DNA of 17,197 nucleotides from a virus: UHGV virus genome UHGV-0182888; one strand, 5' to 3'. Shown piece by piece: positions 14,131 to 17,197 of this stretch (position 1 is its first letter; each line of letters starts with the position of its first letter). The notes under the pieces were generated by a model. It saw only the letters and a program-made list of their open reading frames with translations, ran no database searches and was not told where the DNA came from. The position numbers and the translations under genes were made by a program.

Positions 14131-14186
14131 TCCGCAACAACAAACTCACTGATACCACTTCGATCATCAGTTAATAAGGAATTTCT

Positions 14187-15014
14187 ATGTCTCAGTTAGA
14201 CAGCGGTACATTTCAGCAGGTAAAAGACCTGGTCCTTTCTGGCTACCACCTGGATGATATTCATGGTCTGGCTTGCCCGACCGCATTGCTGCCAGATGGT
14301 ACTAGCGTTGAAAGCCTTGAGCGCTTTTCTCTGGAGCGTTTCCGCTTCCGTGGTGCAATGACAACAACCAGTATTGAAGATTTCGCACGTTATTCTATAG
14401 GTTACGCCAGCGCCAGCGATCCAGCCCGTTGCTTCATTGATGCTGACAACATGACCGCTCGTTCAGTGTTCAACATCGGCACCCTGGATAATCCCGGTCA
14501 CGCCGATAACGTTGCTTCGATCACCCTGAAGAAAACCGCCCCGGTCCGCGCGTTACTGCAGATCGATGGTCAACGTCTGAAGCAAAAGCAAATTGCTGAA
14601 TGGCTGGAAGACTGGAGTGATTACCTGCTGGCGTTTGATGCCGATGGTAATACGATGCAGATTTCCCTGGCGGCTCAGGCAGTGCGTCGTATCACCATTC
14701 AACAAGCAACCCAGCAGGACCATGAAACTAGTGATTTCGCTGGTAAAAAATCCCTGATGCAAAGCGTTGAAGCAAGCAGCAAAGACGTAATGCCTGTGGC
14801 GTTTGAATTCAAATGTGTGCCGTATGAAGGTCTGGGCGAACGACGTTTTAGCTTGCGTAACAGCCTGCTGACCAGCGATGAACCCTGCTTTGTTCTGCGC
14901 ATCGTCCAACTTGAAGCCCAGGAAGAAGAGATCGCCAATGAATTCCGCGATCTGCTGATCAGCAAGTTCGACGGTGAATCAGTGGAAACTTTCATCGGTA
15001 ACTTTAAAGCCTAA
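14187..15014 (+). CDS. Hypothetical protein (275 aa), DUF2303/YfdQ-like by recall
   Basis: ATG 14187 with SD AAGGA. Long uninterrupted ORF. Synteny with the HD-domain gene as in CPS-53 yfdQ-yfdR (recalled, not searched). Confidence 0.75.
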   Translation: MSQLDSGTFQQVKDLVLSGYHLDDIHGLACPTALLPDGTSVESLERFSLERFRFRGAMTTTSIEDFARYSIGYASASDPARCFIDADNMTARSVFNIGTLDNPGHADNVASITLKKTAPVRALLQIDGQRLKQKQIAEWLEDWSDYLLAFDADGNTMQISLAAQAVRRITIQQATQQDHETSDFAGKKSLMQSVEASSKDVMPVAFEFKCVPYEGLGERRFSLRNSLLTSDEPCFVLRIVQLEAQEEEIANEFRDLLISKFDGESVETFIGNFKA

Positions 15015-15026
15015 TTGCTCTGCATT

Positions 15027-15055
15027 AAATCCCCGGCGCCGCGGGGATTTATTGA
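15027..15055 (+). terminator. GC-rich hairpin with trailing TTTATT between the YfdQ-like and HD-domain genes
   Basis: aaatccccg (15027..15035) pairs with cggggattt (15042..15050), a 9-bp stem with 6-nt loop gcgccg, followed by tttatt. Confidence 0.5.
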
Positions 15056-15142
15056 AGCGTAATTCCATTAATTATCGCCACCCGGCGAGGGATTCGTGCA
15101 ACCAAAATCTGCGCGGTGCAGCGCGCCAATATGGAGAAAACC

Positions 15143-15682
15143 ATGAGCTACATTCAGACATTATCCGGTAAAAAATTTAACTACCTGACCGCCACAATCG
15201 ACGATATCGATGTTGAAGATATCGCGACAGCTCTTTCCAACATCTGTCGATTCGCTGGGCATCTGCCAGAGTTCTACAGCGTGGCCCAGCACTCTGTGCT
15301 TGTAAGCCAGATTGTGCCGCCAGAGTTCGCCTTTGAAGCGCTAATGCACGATGCTGCGGAGGCATATTGCCAGGATATTCCTGCCCCGCTCAAAGCCCTG
15401 TTACCAGACTACCAACGCATGGAAACTTATGTTGATGGTCTTATCCGCTTTAAATTCGGTATCTCACTTGAACAAGCAGCCGTCGTGAAATATGCCGATC
15501 TCACCATGTTAGCCACCGAGCGCCGTGATCTGGAAATCGATGACGGTTCGAAGTGGGAAATTCTCGAAGGTATTCCCTGCTCTGATCTCGTTCAGGTTAT
15601 CCCTCTCCGTCCTGGTCAAGCCTATGGCCTGTTCATGAATCGCTTTAACGAACTGATGGATCTGCGCCAATGCGCCGCATGA
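15143..15682 (+). CDS. HD-domain metal-dependent phosphohydrolase (YfdR-like putative 5'-deoxynucleotidase)
   Basis: HD motifs FYSVAQHS and EALMHDAAEAYCQDIPAP. Start at ATG 15143 (MSYIQT…) with SD GGAG 6 nt upstream, preferred over the ORF-track start 15116. Confidence 0.8.
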   Translation: MSYIQTLSGKKFNYLTATIDDIDVEDIATALSNICRFAGHLPEFYSVAQHSVLVSQIVPPEFAFEALMHDAAEAYCQDIPAPLKALLPDYQRMETYVDGLIRFKFGISLEQAAVVKYADLTMLATERRDLEIDDGSKWEILEGIPCSDLVQVIPLRPGQAYGLFMNRFNELMDLRQCAA

Positions 15683-15846
15683 AGGTAAAAGAGCTCGTAG
15701 CGAAGGCTTTTGCCTCCGTTGCTGAATTACCACCAAAACATGCACCGCTTATGCGCGAAGTCGCCACCAGACTGGACGCTACGTTCGCAGCATTAAAAGA
15801 GTCTCTGGTGCAACTGGAACAGGAACGTAAAGGTAAAACGCCATGA
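15679..15846 (+). CDS. Small hypothetical protein (55 aa), translationally coupled on both sides
   Basis: ATG 15679 overlaps the HD-gene stop (ATGA). Its stop TGA 15844..15846 overlaps the next ATG at 15843 (ATGA). Product MKVKELVAKAFASVAELPPKHAPLMREVATRLDATFAALKESLVQLEQERKGKTP. Below the ORF-track cutoff. Confidence 0.45.
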   Translation: MKVKELVAKAFASVAELPPKHAPLMREVATRLDATFAALKESLVQLEQERKGKTP

Positions 15847-16097
15847 CCGTATTTGAATATCTCCAGGCTCATCCGAATACCACCAGCGGTGAAATCGCCA
15901 AAGGTATGAACAAAAAGACACCCGCGGTCGCTGGCGCATTATCGCAACTCTATGGCACCGGCCGGATCGTGAAGTCTGGTGTTCGCAAGGGAATTCCTAC
16001 TTACCGTGTTAACGATATGCCGTTTGGGTGTAGTAACAGCCTAACCATGATGTTTAACCAGCTATTGAACAAAGCCAGACAGGGAGCCGCGCTATGA
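15843..16097 (+). CDS. Small hypothetical protein (84 aa), possible winged-helix DNA-binding fold
   Basis: ORF-track ORF in a tight operon with ATGA overlaps. Product MTVFEYLQAHPNTTSGEIAKGMNKKTPAVAGALSQLYGTGRIVKSG…. Confidence 0.6.
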   Translation: MTVFEYLQAHPNTTSGEIAKGMNKKTPAVAGALSQLYGTGRIVKSGVRKGIPTYRVNDMPFGCSNSLTMMFNQLLNKARQGAAL

Positions 16098-16327
16098 GCA
16101 ATCAGCTTTTTATCAAATGTCTCAAAGATACAGAGGGCTACTGGACTGAGGGCGAAATATATCCTGCCAGTGTTGTTAGTGGCGGATTTGTTCTGGTCGG
16201 CGATGATGATGCACCTAACGGCGAAGGCTGGAGTGCAGCTCCGATGGAATATCGTGAAGACGGTTCGATCGTTTATCAGATTGGTGGCATTGAGGGAGAG
16301 GTTTTATTCGAGGAGGCAGCCCAATGA
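16094..16327 (+). CDS. Small hypothetical protein (77 aa)
   Basis: ORF-track ORF, ATGA-coupled to both neighbours; acidic product. Confidence 0.6.
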   Translation: MSNQLFIKCLKDTEGYWTEGEIYPASVVSGGFVLVGDDDAPNGEGWSAAPMEYREDGSIVYQIGGIEGEVLFEEAAQ

Positions 16328-16749
16328 CAGCACTCAACAAACAGGCATATCGCGCTGATGGTGGTGATATTGGCACTGGCCGTCTCAAAGAGATAGCTGA
16401 CAACTCCTATGGCGATGAGGAAAAGCGCTGGCTTGCGCAGCGTGTGCTGGTGCTGCTGGATGAGCTGGAATGCCGTAAGGCTGGCAAATTTCCAATAACC
16501 CAAGATGGTTATGTGATGGTCCAGAAGAAACTAACCGCTGAGAACGGCGCTAAGGGCGTGCTATCCGGTGAGTTTTCAGAAACGAAGTTTATAAACTGCC
16601 CGGAGTGTTTTGGCGAAGATGAGTGCGAAACATGTGACGGTAGCGGAAGGCTTGAAATTACCGTTCCTGTCACCTGGACGACCATCAAAGCTATATGGGC
16701 TAAAGGTGTCGAGCATTTCGAAGCAGCAACGCAGCAGGAGAATGTATAA
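16324..16749 (+). CDS. Hypothetical protein (141 aa) with a C-terminal zinc-ribbon motif (CPEC-x6-CETCDGSG)
   Basis: ORF-track ORF. Four Cys in a C-x2-C … C-x2-C arrangement with G-rich spacing, a DnaJ-like CxxCxGxG motif. Coupled to the downstream exonuclease gene. Confidence 0.65.
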   Translation: MTALNKQAYRADGGDIGTGRLKEIADNSYGDEEKRWLAQRVLVLLDELECRKAGKFPITQDGYVMVQKKLTAENGAKGVLSGEFSETKFINCPECFGEDECETCDGSGRLEITVPVTWTTIKAIWAKGVEHFEAATQQENV

Positions 16750-17197
16750 CGTGAACAATTTAATGATCGACCTTGAATCCATGGGCAAAAAACCAAATGC
16801 CCCTATCGTCTCCATTGGTGCCGTGTTCTTCGATCCGCAAAGCGGTGAACTGGGTCAGGAGTTTTACACCGCCGTTAACCTTGAAAGTGCTATGGAACAG
16901 GGAGCTGTGCCGGATGGTGACACTATTCTGTGGTGGTTAAGACAAAGCCCAGAAGCACGATCAGCAATCTGTGTTGATGATGCTATGCCAATATCGTCTG
17001 CCCTATCTGAACTGAGCCATTTCATTAATCGGCATTCTGATAATCCGAAATATTTAAAAGTTTGGGGTAATGGAGCTACTTTCGACAACGTTATATTGCG
17101 TGGAGCATATGAACGTGCCGGCCAGGTTTGCCCTTGGCAATTTTGGAATGATCACGACGTAAGAACCATAGTCACATTAGGCAGAGTTGTAGGTTTC
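16742..17197 (+). CDS. DEDD-family (DnaQ-like) 3'-5' exonuclease, N-terminal part; gene runs off the window end
   Basis: ATG 16742. Product MYNVNNLMIDLESMGKKPNAPIVSIGAVFFD … WGNGATFDNVIL carries Exo I (D-x-E) and Exo II (FD) motifs. No stop before the window end, hence absent from the ORF track. Confidence 0.7.
   Translation, partial: MYNVNNLMIDLESMGKKPNAPIVSIGAVFFDPQSGELGQEFYTAVNLESAMEQGAVPDGDTILWWLRQSPEARSAICVDDAMPISSALSELSHFINRHSDNPKYLKVWGNGATFDNVILRGAYERAGQVCPWQFWNDHDVRTIVTLGRVVGF

Noticed and set aside
14553-15365. Minus-strand ORFs antisense to the YfdQ-like and HD-domain genes
   Set aside because: Antisense overlaps with longer, motif-supported plus-strand genes.
1-17197. CRISPR arrays, IS elements/transposases, integrase or att sites
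   Set aside because: No regularly spaced direct repeats with unique spacers, no transposase-like ORFs or terminal inverted repeats, and no integrase ORF were seen; the prophage ends lie outside this window.

Overview
This window is a contiguous slice of a lambdoid (lambda/CPS-53-like) enterobacterial prophage. All calls rest on reading the sequence and on recalled protein families; no database search or computation was run. On the minus strand, from high to low coordinates, it runs: cro-like, CII-like (phage 186 type), a small GTG-start ORF, an O-like replication initiator with internal iterons, a Dam-like methyltransferase fused to an unknown C-terminal domain, RusA, a Rha-type antirepressor, a DUF968/HNH-like protein, a putative Q antiterminator, a tR'-like terminator, a 220-aa membrane-anchored protein of unknown function, an orphan N6-adenine methyltransferase, the lysis cassette (holin, holin-like protein, GH19 endolysin, overlapping spanins), an AT-rich two-gene insertion (188 aa + 54 aa), a lambda-like cos site, Nu1 and the start of terminase A. 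On the plus strand are a LexA-like cI repressor, its terminator, an OL/pL-like region, about 500 nt of ORF-free leader, and an early-left operon (YfdP/YfdQ/YfdR-like genes, small coupled ORFs, a partial DEDD exonuclease). No CRISPR array, tRNA, rRNA, IS element, integrase or att site was seen. The best candidates for an undescribed system are the 188 aa + 54 aa cassette at the Rz-cos junction and the 220-aa membrane protein immediately downstream of Q.
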